Below are positions 34,914 through 35,703 of a DNA stretch of 35,703 bases, one piece after another. The translations under genes were made by a program, and so were the position numbers. Position 1 is the stretch's first letter, and each line of letters opens with the position of its first letter. The stretch spans positions 1-35,703 of IMG/VR virus record IMGVR_UViG_3300032218_002627; one strand, given 5' to 3'. Under the pieces are notes generated by a model. The model was given only the letters and a program-made list of their open reading frames with translations. It made no database searches and was not told where the DNA came from. This DNA comes from a virus (lineage: Duplodnaviria > Caudoviricetes).

Positions 34914-35507
34914 TTATTCCCCTTTGCCTTTAACCGTGCTGTTTCTGTAAGTGACTTCAAAGTAAAGCTGCGATCCGCTAGCCGGATCAACAGCTGCACC
35001 AGTTGCATCGAGGCATTTGAAGTAAAGCAAAGAACCTGCAGTTGATGGACCAACACTGGTTTGTGGATCACCAACTAGTTCACAAGTGAATACTCCACTC
35101 GTTCCCACTGCCTTCACAGTGCCAGTGCCTGCGCCCGCGCCGGTAGCAACAAAAGCATCACCAATTCCTGCAACATTACCAGTAGCAAGGCCAGCAGCTT
35201 CCCACTGAGCTTGTGTGGTTGTTCCAAGCGACTGAATGACATAAAGCGTGCTAGTTACAAAGCTACCGCCAGTTACAGCTGAGCCAGTAACCGGAGCAAC
35301 AAACTTACATTGAAAAGACAAAAACCGGCTGTAATTGTCTTCGAGTTTGAGCTCGTAGACGCCTGCAGCTTTGCGAGTGAGTGATTTAACGCCAGAGCCT
35401 TTTAAAGCACTGGTAGCTCCCGATGCACCAATTGCAGCAGATCCTTCCAGCCAAACCGGATAGTGGTTTAGACCGAAAAAGAATTGCTGGAAAAACCTAT
35501 TTGCCAT
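34914..35507 (-). CDS. Putative head decoration/cement protein
   Basis: Directly after the capsid gene; G/A/T/S-rich; AAGGA RBS. Confidence 0.55.
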   Translation of the reverse strand: MANRFFQQFFFGLNHYPVWLEGSAAIGASGATSALKGSGVKSLTRKAAGVYELKLEDNYSRFLSFQCKFVAPVTGSAVTGGSFVTSTLYVIQSLGTTTQAQWEAAGLATGNVAGIGDAFVATGAGAGTGTVKAVGTSGVFTCELVGDPQTSVGPSTAGSLLYFKCLDATGAAVDPASGSQLYFEVTYRNSTVKGKGE

Positions 35508-35521
35508 GATTTTATCCTTTT

Positions 35522-35560
35522 AAAAAAGGCCAAGGCCGCACTATGGCAGACCTCGGCCTT
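35522..35560 (-). terminator. Intrinsic terminator after the capsid gene
   Basis: AAGGCCGAGGTC/GGCCTTGGCCTT stem followed by TTTT. Confidence 0.75.
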
Positions 35561-35569
35561 CGCAGTTAA

Positions 35570-35703
35570 TTAAACGCTAAAAGTTACGTTAGCATTCCAG
35601 CCTGGTGCGTTAGATGCCAAGTTAGCATAGTAACCGATACGGACTTCGCCCGCGTCCGCATTACTTACACGGAGCATCTCGAGTCCATCACCGTAGCGTA
35701 AAA
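35570..35703 (-). CDS. Major capsid protein, C-terminal end
   Basis: ...GWNANVTFSV then TAA at 35572-35570, in frame with ATG 1222 after circularisation. Confidence 0.85.
   Translation of the reverse strand, partial: LRYGDGLEMLRVSNADAGEVRIGYYANLASNAPGWNANVTFSV
35581..35703. repeat. Terminal direct repeat, copy 2
   Basis: Identical to 1-123. Confidence 0.95.

Noticed and set aside
35581-35703. Biological terminal repeat or att site
   Set aside because: It falls mid-capsid gene and is exact, so an assembly overlap of a circular or permuted genome explains it best.
1-35703. Stop-codon reassignment
   Set aside because: Core genes are full length in the standard code, with TAA, TAG and TGA all used as stops.

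Overview
The window is an apparently complete, circularly permuted ~35.58-kb tailed dsDNA phage genome. Bases 1-123 repeat exactly at 35581-35703, and the major capsid gene runs across that junction, so the ORF track missed it. The architecture is podovirus-like: TerS, TerL, portal, scaffold, capsid, adaptor, nozzle, three large ejection-type proteins and Gly/Ser/Thr-rich fibres. I see no tape measure, tube or sheath, and no integrase, DNA polymerase, primase or helicase. Replication looks lambdoid: an initiator with an internal phased iteron array, a loader-like partner and RuvC. A divergent + strand early operon carries an RHH regulator, a Gp157-like protein, RecT, tRNA-Asn(GTT) and two tandem DUF2829/Tad2-like paralogues. 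The most unusual parts are: (i) an exported-protein cluster with two tandem CAP (SCP/PR-1) lipoproteins of different subfamilies, a third lipoprotein and a secreted serine esterase; (ii) a shared (A)EGGR/MGGR motif in three late proteins, one copy next to a conserved D-x-V-x-A-x-L-S-x-G-E-x-V module; (iii) three paralogous tail-tip domains with conserved DNA boundaries; and (iv) a structured non-coding element resembling a PriA primosome assembly site. All family calls come from motif recognition and gene order, not database searches.
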